Shown: positions 1 through 14,189 of the stretch, in pieces
Position numbering within the stretch: position 1 is the stretch's first letter
Layout of the letters: every line of letters starts with the position of its first letter
Assembly (NCBI RefSeq): GCF_009914755.1
Contig: NC_060937.1
Direction: 5' to 3' (one strand)
Origin: the human T2T-CHM13v2.0 reference genome, Homo sapiens
Length of the DNA: 64,000 nt
The notes under the pieces: generated by a model
What the model was told of the DNA's origin: nothing
Database searches by the model: none
Seen by the model: the letters and a program-made list of their open reading frames with translations, nothing else
Made by a program: the position numbers and the translations under genes

Positions 1-1209
1 CAAATCACATAAACACAGAGTAAATGAATGCATGCTGCCCAAATACCCAGTTGAGCAGAAAATTAGTCTGGGATAAAAAAACGTTTAAGAGGATGGCATG
101 AACTTTTTCAAAGAGACAGCCATTTTTGAAAGCAACTACTGCGGTCTGATCTAGGATACTGTGATGTTTCCATTTACATACTATATATCTACTGGTTTTT
201 GATAAAGATCATATTATAATCAGGCCAACAGGTTGGTAAGTGGAACATCTAACATCAACTCATTAAGCAGAACAATTTTAGGATGTTTCTAGGAAGGGTT
301 CAATACAGTATTCTGGATTTCCCTTCCTAATCACTGATTGAAAAGACAAGAATTATCTTATCTTTACTATTTTAGAGGTTATAGACCCAGATACAAATGA
401 TCATAGCATTTTAAAGCTGAATCAAAATGAAATCCTACACAGTTGCTTCTCCCCCTTTCTATTTAAAAACAGAAATTATGGTCCAGAGTTGTCTTCCCAA
501 TGTCACAGAGATGGTAGATGCATTAGAAGTCAGTTTTCTTAAACCCTTTCACTTTTGCTGAAACCAACTTAAAGTGGTTCTTCTGTACCATACTTTGGAT
601 TCCTAGAATGCTATCTACCCATCTTTTGTATTGTCTGAATTCCTGGTTTGGAGGAGTCATACCAACATCATAATCATTACAAGATAACCTGAAACAAATT
701 CAATACCATTAACTTATAGCAAATCATACTTTAAATTTCTAATTACAGCAATATCAGCAAATAGACTATTCAGACATGCTTTTATGGGAGATGTATTTTC
801 CCAACCAAAATATCAATGCTACTTTCTTCAAAGGAAAATGGAAAGAATATAAGAACATCACTTTAAAATGTCTAAATTATCTTCCCCTATCTTTCCCCCA
901 AAATGTGTTATTCAAAGATGTGCTTCTACTTACATATTTCCTTATTTTAATAAATGACATACCAATTCATTAAAGCTGACAATCTCTGGGTTGTCTAAGC
1001 CTCATCATATCCAAGTACAATCAACTTCACTTCTAAAATATTTCTTTGTTCCTTTTCCTGTCCCCATAGCTATAGTTATTAACTCAGACCTTGATCAGGT
1101 CTTCTTAGATGCCTATGTCATCAACAGTCTAACTAATTGGTATCCTTGTTTTCAATCTTTCCCAACACCCTTAATATGTTTTTGATGAAAATTATTTCTT
1201 CCAACTGTT

Positions 1210-1725
1210 TAAAAGTAGTTATCTTGTAGGCAGTGAAAGGCAATTAAAATCAAATTTTTTAGCCTGACTAGGCTAAACTTAGGTCATTTACTACCTGGCC
1301 TATAGTCTTTCATCAGTCCTTTTCCCTGGTTTCTTTTCTACCTTGCCAATTATAGCATACTCTGACTCCAATCTCATAATTCCTTACTACTCCAAAGCAC
1401 ATGTTTCTTTCAGTTCTGGTGTCTGTACATGCTGCACCCTCTCCCTGTAAAGTGCTCCTTCTATAGTTTCCTTTTATTCTTCAGGCCCTAATTCAGATGT
1501 CACTTCTTTAGGCAGCTTTCTTGGAATTGCTCAGAATTGTGTTTGCTCCTTTGTCTTCTCACAGAACTTTTATATACAGTAGTAGCATTTTATCACACTT
1601 TGTTTTTTTGGGTGGGGAGTTCTTCCCTCTCCCCATTAAATTCTACAAGGACAAGAAATTATTGTACCTCAAGTGCCTAGCAAAGTGCCTGACATGGGTA
1701 CTCAACAAATATTTGTAAAATATTC
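1210..1725 (+). mobile_element. Degraded L2 3' fragment
   Basis: Ends in the L2-like tail gtgcctgacatgggtactcaacaaatatttg. Confidence 0.55.
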
Positions 1726-1809
1726 ATTAGCCTCCAAAATATATTTTTATTTCAATCATACATCTCATAATTATTGAAGTAGTTACAGTAAAATTAAAAT
1801 AGAGAACTG

Positions 1810-2030
1810 AACTTCTGGTCAGAAGACCTGAGTTTGAATTCCAGCTCTGGAACCTACTTCTCTATAATATTGTAATCTTACTACTCTTAGATCTAATCCC
1901 CAAAACTGTGAAAACATGAATTATTTTATCATACCTACACTTACAAGGATATTGTAAAGACTAAGTCAGAATATATGTAAAGCAACTATCAAAGTTCTTG
2001 GCACCTAGTAGAAGATCAATACATGTGGTT
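1810..2030 (+). mobile_element. MIR SINE
   Basis: agacctgagtttgaattccagctct...atacctac...tatgtaaagca core. Confidence 0.6.
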
Positions 2031-3197
2031 GAACTAACCATAAGATTGAAACCAAATGTTACTATTGAATTCAGGCATGAGATGAGAAAAATCTGAGCAA
2101 GGATATGAAAATAGAAAAAAAGGAAAAAAGAAATTTAAAAAAAAGCATCACCAGTTCTAAAAGTCCCAGGGAAGAAAAAATTTCAGATATCAACACAGAA
2201 CATAGAAACTCCAGCCCTATCTGTAACTAAGGAAATTCTACACATCTTTTAACCAAAATGCATTAGGCTTACCTTATAAACTCAACCTAATCAATTCTCC
2301 TACTTCTGATCCTATCTATGCTCCCAAAAGTAGATGATGCCTTAGAAACTTTATTCTTCTCCCACTACTAACCAATCAAGATATAATATTACCTCTTTGA
2401 TTCAGCCCATAGTAAAGTATCAATATTCAATTCTCTGGGCCATCAAGTTTCATGCTATATTAATCTCAGCATTATAGTGAACCTTACTTCAGCCAAGGTT
2501 AGTAAGACCTTCATAAAATTTTTAATGTTTAAAGGCCCTAATAAGTACAGAAATAAAAGCTTGCCAAAGAAAGTATTTACAACCCTTCTTAAGTGCTTCC
2601 TAGTAATCTTGCTTCAAAATTCATTTAAGAGATCACCTGATAGATGAACAGAAAAAGTTTTAGCTTAAGACATATAAGAACGTAAAATTAGCTAAAGCAA
2701 ATACCATATCTTCTCAGGACAGAATACAAATAAAATATTTCTCTAAACAATCCCCAGCCCTATCATTCAGTTTTTTTTTACTGTTCCTTTCTGGAAGTCC
2801 TTATAAAATTCTATTGATCATAGCAAATGAGTGAGTAGACAGGATACTCAGATGTAAAGGTTTAGGTATTTCTTGAATCAGAATTGCCTGGAATAGAACC
2901 CAACCATCTACATTCTTTAAAGGTTTGTAAGCTATTTGGGTAAGATGAGAAACACACAGTAGGGCACCCAAGTTTTTGCACTTTGTTGCCAGTAGGTACT
3001 GGTCACTAGCTATTGACATAATCCCTCCTAAACCATGTGAACAAAGATTATATGAGTATATATAATAGTTTCAAATGTGTCATCGAGCACAAGCCTTAAA
3101 GTATATTTTATATTAAAAAGTAAATTGGTAACTGTTTGAAAAAACAATTCGCCCAATTGATATTGTTCACTATTTAATAAAATTCTGTTTGACAAAC

Positions 3198-3389
3198 CTC
3201 TCTCTCTGTTGTCACGACGGTCTCGCTCTCCATGTCTTCTCTCAAAGGAAGAATCCCTTGCTTGATCTCTGTTGTCTCTTTCAGGATATCTATCTCTTTC
3301 AGGATAGCTACTTCGAGTTTCCCAGCTGTCATGATAGTTGCTATTACTACTGTGACTATCAATTTGAGAACCTCTTGAGCCTCGACTTC
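3198..3389 (-). CDS. ZC3H13: ZC3H13 coding exon (192 nt; (G)SRGSRGSQIDSHSSNSNYHDSWE...RDNRER)
   Basis: Within ORF 3028-3441; acceptor tgtttag|GA, donor GAG|gtttgt; phase 1 to 1. Confidence 0.95.
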
Positions 3390-3849
3390 CTAAACAAAGG
3401 ATAGACACACAAATGTTTACCACATACACTTTATTCAACAAATTTCATCAGTCATAATCTTTCCTCCTAAACATCACTAATATATATATTTAATATTCCA
3501 AAGTGTGGTAATCACTCCTGAAAAGAGTATCAAGCAATGAATCAGAACAACCAAGGTGTCCAATGACTGACCTGAGTAGACGAAGTCCCAGTTTTCCCTA
3601 CCTATATAAAAGTCATATGATAAAATCATAAAATAATAAGATTCATTAAAATTAACCTGTCCCCCCAAAAAAAACAAAAAATAAAAACTATTTCTTCATA
3701 TTTAATTCACAGATATATAAAAATAATGAAAGAAAAAAATGGGTACGTATTATTGCTTAAATACAGTTTACAGTGAAAACATTCCAACATAGAACACCAA
3801 GGTTAATGACAACATTAAACTGTATGTGAAAATTTTCATTAACAGATGT

Positions 3850-4480
3850 GGGAAACAAATGTTCACAGTGGCTTTGTTGATAACAGCCAAAACCTGCAAA
3901 GTACACTAATGTCTTTCAATGGATGAACAGTTAAACAAACTGTGGCACATGCATGCCATGGAATACTATTCGGCAATAAAAATGAATGACCGATATATGC
4001 AACAACTTGGATGAACCCCAAGAAAAAATTATGCTGAGTGAAAAAGCCAATCTCAACAGGATACATATAGCATTATTCCATTTACGAGACAATTACAAAA
4101 CAAGGGACACATAAGAGGTTGCCAGGGGTTGGGGCCAGGGGCCAGGGGAGGGTTGTGGCTATAAAGGGGTAATAAAAAGGAATCTTAGGATGTTATAGAT
4201 GAGTATCTTGACTATGGAAATGGGCTACACATATGATAAAACTACAAAAAGCTACATACAGACATACACCCAAGTGCATGTATACTGGTGAAATGTGAAT
4301 AAACTCTATGGATTGTACCAATGTCAATTGTTTGGTTTTGATACTATGCTATAGATAAGATGTTAGATGTTAACACTGGAGAAGTTGGGGTAAGGATAAA
4401 CAAAGTTTCCCTGTACATTTATTTGCAATCTCCTGTGAATTCCTAATTACTTCAAAACAAAATGAAATTTAAAAAAAAGC
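3850..4480 (+). mobile_element. Old L1M (MC/MD/ME-type) 3' end
   Basis: aaatgttcacagtggctttg...aaactgtggcacat...ggaatactattcggcaataaaa motifs, A-rich end. Confidence 0.7.
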
Positions 4481-4657
4481 TTTTTTTGAGCAGTGAGGGT
4501 TAGGAGTAGAGAAACAGTACTGGGGCTGTGATAATTTAGGAATATCTGGCAAAAACAAAGACAGAAACTCTGAGGGCCCTGCCCTCAACCTCATAGAATT
4601 ACCATGGATAAATCTTTGACAAAGATGAGTTCACTCCAAACTTAAAAGAACATATGA

Positions 4658-5452
4658 TGATTTCCAATTTCATCCATGTCCCTACAAAGGACATGAACTC
4701 ATCATTTTTTATGGCTGCATAGTATTCCATGGTGTATATGTACCACATTTTCTTAATCCAGTCTATCACTGTTGGACATTTGGGTTGGTTCCAAGTCTTT
4801 GCTATTGTGAATAGTGCCGCAATAAACATACGTGTGCATGTGTCTTTATAGCAGCATGATTTATAGTCCTTTGGGTATATACCCAGTAATGGGATGGCTG
4901 GGTCAAATGGTATTTCTAGTTCTAGATCCCTGAGGAATTGCCACACTGACTTCCACAAGGGTTGAACTAGTTTACAGTCCCACCAACAGTGTAAAAGTGT
5001 TCCTATTTCTCCACATCCTCTCCAGCACCTGTTGTTTCCTGACTTTTTAATGATTGCCATTCTGACTGGTGTGAGATGGCATCTCATTGTGGTTTTGATT
5101 TGCATTTCTCTGATGGCCAGTGATGCATCATTCTCAGTAAACTATCGCAAGAACAAAAAATCAAACACTGCATATTCTCACTCATAGGTGGGAATTGAAC
5201 AATGAGAACACATGGACACAGGAAGGGGAACATCACACTCTGGGGACTGTTGTGGGGTGGAGGGAGGGGGGAGGGATAGCATTAGGAGATATACCTAATG
5301 CTAAATGACGAGTTAATGGGTGCAGCACACCAGCATGACACATGTATACATATGTAACTAACCTGCACATTGTGCACATGTACCCTAAAACTTAAAGTAT
5401 AATAATAATAAAATAATAAATAAATAAATAAACAAATAAATAAAAAAGAAAA
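4658..5452 (+). mobile_element. 5'-truncated, 5'-inverted L1PA2/L1PA3-like element with 14-bp TSD
   Basis: ORF2 C-terminus on minus (4658-5125; ORF 4599-5105 HCWWDC motif), sense 3' end and UTR 5126-5400, A-rich tail, TSD AAAAGAACATATGA at 4644-4657 and 5453-5466. Confidence 0.93.
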
Positions 5453-5984
5453 AAAAGAACATATGACAAACTAACCCACCCAAAGACAGAATCAAAAGGC
5501 ACTTCCCCAAGATTTAAAAAACAAACAAAAACACAAAGAATACAAATGTAACAGGCTTTTGAGACCTAAAAGAATTACAGCATGATTCTACGGGTATTTT
5601 AATAATCAAAATAGCTGTGAAAAATATTTTAATAATTAAAGACCAGGAAGAAAAAATTTAAAACATTTTTACAGACTACAAAAAGGCTACATATAACATC
5701 TAGGAAAGAATGGATTAACCATCAGATTAGATGCAGCTAAGAAAAAATTGGTAAACTAGAAGGTAAGCCTGAGAATATGACCTAGAGGCGAAACAGATAA
5801 AGAGATGAAAAATTTGAAAGTTAAGAATGAAAGAAGATACAATGAGGAGATTTAATCTGTCTAAAACTATATGTTGTTTAGAGTTACATTTAAAAAAAAA
5901 TTAAGCCTGAAAGGATGGAAAAAGATATATCAAACAAATACTAACCAAAAGACAGCTGCCAGCAAAACAATCTTCAAGAAAAAT

Positions 5985-6258
5985 ACAGGCTGAATGCCCT
6001 TTATCTGAAATGCTTGGGACCACAGGTGTTTTGGATTTTGGAATATTTGCATTATATTGGTTCAGCATCCCTAATCTGAAAAATTGGAAATCCAAAATGC
6101 TCCAATAAGCATTTCCTCTGAATGTTATGTCAGCTCTCAAAAAGTCTGGATTTTATCAGTTGCTAGTGGCTATAGAAAAAACAAAAAACAAAAACAAAAA
6201 AAATTACATTAAAAAGTTTTAGATTTTGGAGCATTTCAGATTAGGGATGCTCAACCTG
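5985..6258. mobile_element. Tigger4/Zombi (MER46-type) DNA transposon MITE
   Basis: TIR-like ends caggctgaatgccct...agggatgctcaacctg; internal gaaatccaaaatgctccaat. Confidence 0.75.
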
Positions 6259-6734
6259 AACCTGGCATAAACAGTCATTCTATAATGAATAAAGAAAGAA
6301 ATAACTCAATTTACGTGTACCTAATAGCAAAGCTTCAAATATTCAAATAAAAAAATGATCAAACTATAAGTAGAAATCAACAAATCTACAAATTCCACAA
6401 TCACAGTGGAAGACTGAACTCACCTCTCTGTAATGACAGAACAAACAGACTAAGAAAAATTACATGTAGATTTGAAAGTGTAGTTAAAACAAACTTTATC
6501 TTAGAGAAACATTTTGCATTCAACCATTACAAATGCAACTCCTTTGAAAGCATATGCAGAACACTTATAAAAACAGACCACTGAGCCACAAAATAAGAGT
6601 TAACAAATACATATCCCAAAGAACTGACTTTCAACAGAGTATTTTCTGACAACTAAAATGGGGGGAGAGAACTTAATCCTTAACACAATAAAAAGTATCT
6701 GCAAAAAATCTACAAACACCATACTTAGTAATAA

Positions 6735-7112
<378 letters not shown>

Positions 7113-8682
7113 CCTTCTACTTATATTTAACACTGTATTGATAAAGATGCTCAGAAGGTTACTGACAGAAAATTAATAATCAGAAAAGAAGAGCCAAATC
7201 AGTGTGTTCCTAGGAACATCTGTTAAGAGAATCTAATTAGATCAAGAAAATACAGCAACATCATTTAAATGTAAGATTAATACACAAATGCCAATTACCA
7301 TTTCCAGGTACCAACAAAGCATTAGAAAATGCAATGTTTTAAAAGACACCATTTAGTGACATATGTACACAGTTATTCACTAAAGCACTGTTTGAAAGAG
7401 ATAAAGATTGGAAAACCAAAATACCCAGTAATGCAGCACTTGCTGACTTTATGGTATATTCTACAATAGAGAACAAGTACCAAAAGAAGAAAATAGCTGT
7501 TTACCACAAAGAAAGACATGAAAGATATTTTTACTAGTTGAAAATAGTAGGATATAAAACAGTACATAGTTTTTTCCAGTGTTTTTAAAAATTAGTTTTG
7601 TAAAACCAGAGGGGAAAACAAATGGATATATATTTGCTTGTGTAAAATGTTTTTTGGGAAGAATACATACAAAGCTGGCAAAAGAGTGGTCAGGGTACAA
7701 CGGAGGCTTTTCACTATATATCCTTTTATACATTCAAAATTTTGAACCATGTAAATACATAATTTACATCTTACAAAATGTAAAAGTACTATTTAAAATG
7801 GCAATAAAAAATAGAGGATACACAGGAAAAAATGTAAAAAATATTAATGAGAAATATTATAAATTGATTAAGTTGATGCATTGAAATAAAAATCCAACAG
7901 TTTTTTTATGAAATTAAAAACTGTTTTCTAAAATTGATATGAAAAAGTAAAAGGTCAAGAAAAGACAAGGCAGCTCAAAGAAGCTAAAGGACCCTCAACA
8001 CAAATATGAAGCTGTAATACTGACCAAGGATTGACTAACAGACCAATGGAAAGAATAAAAGTGATCAAAGTTCTGCAGCAGTGTTTGGGGAGAGGGGAGA
8101 AAAGCAGGTGGAGGTAAAGAGAGGTCATGATAATTAAGTCTCAGCAGTTTGGAAATAGTTACAATATATTTAAGTCATTTGGGTGATGGCAAATACTTTT
8201 TATGAAAAGAAAAATGGCTCAAGATAATGACGTGTGGCAGTTTGACAGGGTCTGAAGCAAGTACAAATACTGAAGAATACACAAATCAGTCATTTCTGAT
8301 GCCAACAATTCTGAAAACCCACCACTTTAATCCTACTTTAATTTAATGAACATTTTATCATATTTATACCTATTTAACAGAAAGCAACTTCCTCGTGATT
8401 CTACTTTTTTGTCTGATAGTGATTTTCTTAGTGTTCCACATTAATCAAGATGATAGGCATGACTGGATATACTTAGGGGGGGTCTAGCTCAAGCTCCATT
8501 TATCTTTTGCTATTTTAACTAGTAATTCCAATTAGGAATTTATAAGGAAGACTACAAGTTCAATTAATTAAAAATTACTGTGACAAAATGATAACAAATG
8601 TAAGAAACAACATATTAGAAATCTTAGGAGATTTTATACTTTCTATATAAGATATAGTTCATAGACAAGTCAAAAACCTTAC

Positions 8683-9147
8683 CCTTTTCAGGTAACTCAG
8701 GAACCCTCCCCCTACTTCGGCCCATTCGGTCATTTCTAATTTCACTTCGAGACTCATTTCTGGACTCATTCCTTATTTCCGTACGAGAACTTTCTTCTCT
8801 CAAATGGTTTCGGCCATAACTCCGGGATTCTTCTGGATATGTATCCTCCTTTCGATGAGTATCTCGACCTTCACGGTCCCTGTAGTCATGGGCATCACGA
8901 GTGGACCGAGAATCTCTGGGATCACGGCTCTCTTTGGTATCTCTGCTATAATCTCTCATCTCCCTTGAGTCCCGCATGTCTCTGGAGTCTCTTAGTTCCC
9001 TTCGGTCCCTAGTATCTCTGGCATCTCTCCGATCCCGACCATCTCGAGGTTCTCTGTCATCTCTGTGGTCTCTAGAAGAGCTCTGATCCTGTTCATATTC
9101 TCGTTCTTCTCTTGAGTCCTTTTCTCTGTCTCGTTTGCCCCTAGTAT
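8683..9147 (-). CDS. ZC3H13: ZC3H13 coding exon (465 nt; RD/RE-rich, (D)TRGKRDREKDSREERE...RVPELPEK)
   Basis: Overlaps ORF 8624-8977; acceptor attacag|AT, donor AGG|gtaagg; phase 1 to 1. Confidence 0.96.
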
Positions 9148-9697
9148 CTGTAATGCAATTTTGGAAATTGACTGTAATTGCTTTTACAAAGTTTCAGGAA
9201 ACTAGAAAACATATTTAATACAGAACTTTAAAAATTTTATTATAATGACAATTCGTGTTCTTTGCAAAAAATAAAGAAGCTAAAATTCCAAAGATAATTA
9301 ACACCTGATAAGAATGTTCTTCATTAGATAAACTCCGAACATGAATTTCCTCTGCCCCAACTTACCTATACTGCCCCAACTCACCCCAACTTACCAGATC
9401 CTAAACAACTGAAACAAATAAGTTCATCTCCTATCATTGACGGCTTACTTTTCAGAAACCACTTTTAGATACAAAGACACTTCAGTTACTTTAATCTTTT
9501 CTATCAACTATTAAGTTAGGCTAAACTAGACCATCTGTGACCTCCTCAAATGTACTTAAGCACTTTAGGGTAGCCTATGGTTAGTAAGCTAGCTGGTTGA
9601 GTGATACTATTATTCACTCTCTTTTCCTGCACTGTTTAATGGTATAACATTCATGTGTGCAAGTCTTTAAAGCTTTCTCTACTTAGAGCATTTTCTA

Positions 9698-9820
9698 GCT
9701 GGGTGACGTGGCATGTACCTACAGTGCCAGCTACTTGGGAGGCTGAGGTAGGAAGATCACTTGAATCCAGGAGTTTGAGTTCAGCCTGGGCAACATAGGA
9801 AGATGAGACTTTTTCTCTTT
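9698..9820 (+). mobile_element. Alu monomer (FLAM-like)
   Basis: gctacttgggaggctgaggtaggaagatcacttgaatccaggagtttgag. Confidence 0.75.
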
Positions 9821-11575
9821 AAAATGAACGAACAAAAAAGCATTTCATACAAAAAAATAAATACTTGCACTTTTTAAAAGCTGAACCACAGTGATTATCT
9901 AAACAAACCATGTCATTTTATAATAAAGAAATAGAGGCCCAAAACTTAGATGGCTTAGTCAACCCCATAATTTGCAAAGATTAGAAACCACTCTTTACAT
10001 ATATTTAGAAAGGGCACAAATTGATTATAACAAATCTGATATGAAGCCAAAGAATTAACAAGAGAACCTCAAAGGATAAATTCTGCCCTTTTTATCAGAT
10101 TCTTCTGCAAGGTGCTCTTATACTCTGGAATTGCCCTAGTCTAAGGCTATTTTGGCAACTCTAGCAGCCTCATGCCCAAAACATTATAAGTTTACCTCCT
10201 TTTCTCTTTGTCCCTAATGGCTAGGCCCACAGACTTTCTCATGGACCCAAACATCTTGTAACCACAAGGCCCTTAGACCCTCATCAATAACCTATCTCCC
10301 CCACCAATTCCTTTGTCCATATATCCATATCCACAAACCCTGTTTAAGGACAAAGGCAAGAGGCAAAGATCTGACATATCTCCATCCCTTTCTGTGAATA
10401 TCTTTCACTTCTATTCCTCCCCCAATACCAACTGTGCCTGAAAATGTGTTCACTTAGTGCCAGATCTTTTTCTCATGATGCGCCCATCTGTCTTTACAAA
10501 TACGTCTAGGTACTGTATTTTCTTCTTTACCTACCTCCCTATCCTTCCACCGAAATTATCCTTATTTCAGAAAATGACATCTAAATAGAGAGGAACAATT
10601 GCCTGCTAAATCTCCCGTATGGAAAGTTAAACAGACATCTTCCTTACAAAGAACTTAAAACGCCTATGATTTAAGTCCCTTCTTAACACAAGCATTCCTA
10701 TGAGACTCAATTGCTTATTATTTTCCCTTCATTAGTATGTTTAATAATGTTAATGGAGTTTTCATTCAATAAGTAGTCATTAAATATGTACTATATTCCT
10801 GGTCAACTCTAGTTGTTAAATATCTTATTAAAATTTATAGAAAGGTACAATATAAGAGAATTTTCCCATCTTACCAATGTTTCATAAACACTGCTGTGCT
10901 GACCTAGTTCCAAAATCATACATACAAAAAAAAAATTCTATCAAATAGGTGCTTTCTCCAGTCCCTGCCTATTTTCTTGAATATCATTCTCATCCGCCAT
11001 TTTCTTGAACAAAAGAACCCGACTGATTATTGCTTGCATTGTTGATAGGAAGAGAATACTAAATTCAACATGTTTCATAGGAGACTGCCGTACTCCACTC
11101 ACCAAGAGGCGCTTAAAGTGCATATTAAATATAAATGTTGTTCCAAGTAAGCATTTCCTGAGTACTTACTATGTTAAAAAATGAACACAGGAGAAGTTAG
11201 AAAACAGACTTATTAAGTTGAATCTACGAAGACCAGAAGCTTAGACAAGAAGTAAAGAAAGAGATGAGAGCTATTAAACAGGCTTTATTGCCAGGTAACA
11301 ATAAAATCTCAGCTTGAATAGGGAGTAGCAAATCCAAAGTTAACTTAATTCTCAGGGATCTAGAAAGGAAAACTGCTTCGCTTACTTCTTTATTATGACC
11401 TAGAAATTTGATGACTCGGTTTGCAATGACCTTCTAACAATTCCCCCCAGCCCTCACTCCTTTATCAAAACACTTCTGATGCTTTCAAACTACGCTCTCT
11501 GATTTGTTGCTTTTCTTCCCTTCACCTCCTTGTTTTCAAAAGACATTAACTCAGTGATTGAAAAGGATGCTCTAA

Positions 11576-11942
<367 letters not shown>

Positions 11943-12172
11943 AGAACATCTTAACTAAAGAAAGCACCAGCTTAGTATACCTGTAAATACCAACTTGTAT
12001 ACACCTAACAGCTAACATTCCCATGTTGTTAAGCATCTCCTATTGCCCTCAAAAATTCTAGTCTGTGTGTTACAGAAGACTTAACATAGCAAAGTCTTTC
12101 TCCATCTCTTAGTACAACAATAAAGCTGGATGTTCAATTTTTCAATTAAAAAAATCAAAGTACAGTACACAC

Positions 12173-12483
12173 CTTCCCTCCTTTCATGGCGTCGATCATG
12201 AGACTGTGAAGTTCGTTCATGATCATGTCTCCCTTTCTCTCGCATTGGAGAGCGATGTCTTGGAGGACTCTGCTTTCTCTGGGGAGACGACAAAGAATGT
12301 GAAGGATAAGGAGAGGCAGAGCGTCGTAAAGGTGGAGTTAGTGTCCGCTGATAAGACGGTGAAGGAGTTCTTTTTCGACGAGGAGAAGGAGAATGTCTTT
12401 GAATAGATGATCCTGATTGTGAGGAAGATGAGTGATGTCTAGAAGATATAGGAGAATGATGCTGTCCTGCTGGGGAAGTAGAC
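12173..12483 (-). CDS. ZC3H13: ZC3H13 coding exon (311 nt; STSPAGQHHSPISSRHH...HDRRHERRE)
   Basis: Within ORF 12081-12560; acceptor ccttgtag|G, donor AAG|gtgtgt; phase 2 to 1. Confidence 0.96.
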
Positions 12484-13461
12484 CTACAAGGGAAAACAAT
12501 AACAATAAAACATGTATTCAAGAGCTTCATTTCTAGCCAAAGGAAAATCTTTAAAAACAAAAAAGTGAATATGAAAGTATAGACAATAACTTCAGAATAA
12601 ATTTTAATTCACAATGCTGTAAAATTCTAAGTAAGTCACTTTTTTAACGACGTGACTTAACTTTAAGTCAACTAGAAGCAACAGTTCAAGAAGAGATATG
12701 CAGTGCTTTTCTCCCAGGCTTTGGTGCCAAAGTACACTGCATTTTCCAACATACACCATCTACCCTAACTTAAAGTATGGAATTCACTCTGATAATCTCT
12801 GAAAGTGTGAACAAATACTTAGAGGGAGAAAACCCACAAACTATGGCAAAACATACTACTGAGATCTAGAGAGAAAGTGGCTTTGAGAATGCCTGTAAAT
12901 TCATGGCTATGGTAAAAGGGGAGGTAGCATCAGCTAAGGCAAACAAAAAGTCCACGCTGCATGGGTTGACATTTAGGACTATGAAAGAATCCTAGAATTA
13001 AGGAAAGGATAACAAAATATATACTGTCTTTAACTTAAGTAATCTGCCTTCACTGTGGGCAGCACAAACTGAGAGTTAGTTCATAGTTCTTGGTTCAACT
13101 AAGGCCTCCCCTATTCCCTTCAAATCATTTTCTTTCACTGCTACCAGAGAAACAACACATAACCTCATGAAACAGATGTGATCATTAAGCACATCTGAAT
13201 CACTCCTAGAGTCTATTATACCTGGGTCCTGTCCAAACTTTTGTGCAATAACTAAGAAGCAGCAGGAAATAATGTTTAAAATATAATATTCTAGACATGC
13301 CCAGATAAATATTCCTCAAAGCAATCATCTCAAGAGCTAAAAGCTTATTCAAAAAAATTCTGATTTTTTAAGTCAAAGTATTTCTGTAATTATCTTCAGT
13401 GTCTATGATAAACATTTTTTTAGTATGTGCAGTGATGGCACAAATCATTACTAATTCTAAA

Positions 13462-13685
13462 CCAGTTTCTCAACCCTAGCACTACTGACATTTTGTACTG
13501 GGTAACTCTTCGGAGGAGGGGGAGTGTCTTGTACATTATATATAGGATGTTTAACAGCATCCCTGGCCTCAACTCACTAGATGCCAGTAGCATCCCTCCC
13601 ATTCCAAGTTATGACAATAAAAAATTACTCCAGACATTGCCAAATGTCCTCTACCAGGCAAAATCACCCCCAGTTGAGAACCACT
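13462..13685. mobile_element. MER20 (hAT-Charlie)
   Basis: tttctcaacc...cagcatccctggcctc...ccagacattgccaaatgtcc...gttgagaaccact. Confidence 0.85.
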
Positions 13686-14189
13686 ACCTTAAACTATGTT
13701 GTTTATAAATGATGCCTTAGTAAACCTTTTATCAAAAAAAGGTTTCAATCTATAAACTATGTTACTAAGTCAGGAATGTGATCTAATATATTAGAAAGAA
13801 TATGCAGAAAAGAATTTAGGCAAATAAAAATACCTCTGGGTGACAGTAAATGAAAAGTCAGCTAACTAGAACACTACACTCACTTAAACATCAAGTTTTC
13901 TGTGACTTGATTAAAGCTTTATACTTTTAATAAAATAGTGATTCCTTTCTAACATAAAAAGATAAGCCATAAGCTACTAAAATTTAATTGACTCTAAATA
14001 GAAATTTATTAACTTAACAGCTAATATGAGTGGAAATACTCAACGGGTCTTAGCCAAATTTGGAAAACCATTTATGATCAATGCCCATCTAAATGCATCC
14101 TACTGAACAGAAAAATCACTGCAAGAGTAAAAATTAGAGTCAGTATTGTCTGGTTGTTTTCAATTTCAATGTCATTAGGTTCTAGTAAA

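Noticed and set aside
4599-5105. 168-aa minus ORF as a gene
   Set aside because: It is the L1 ORF2 C-terminus in the inverted segment of a truncated L1; no promoter or complete ORF
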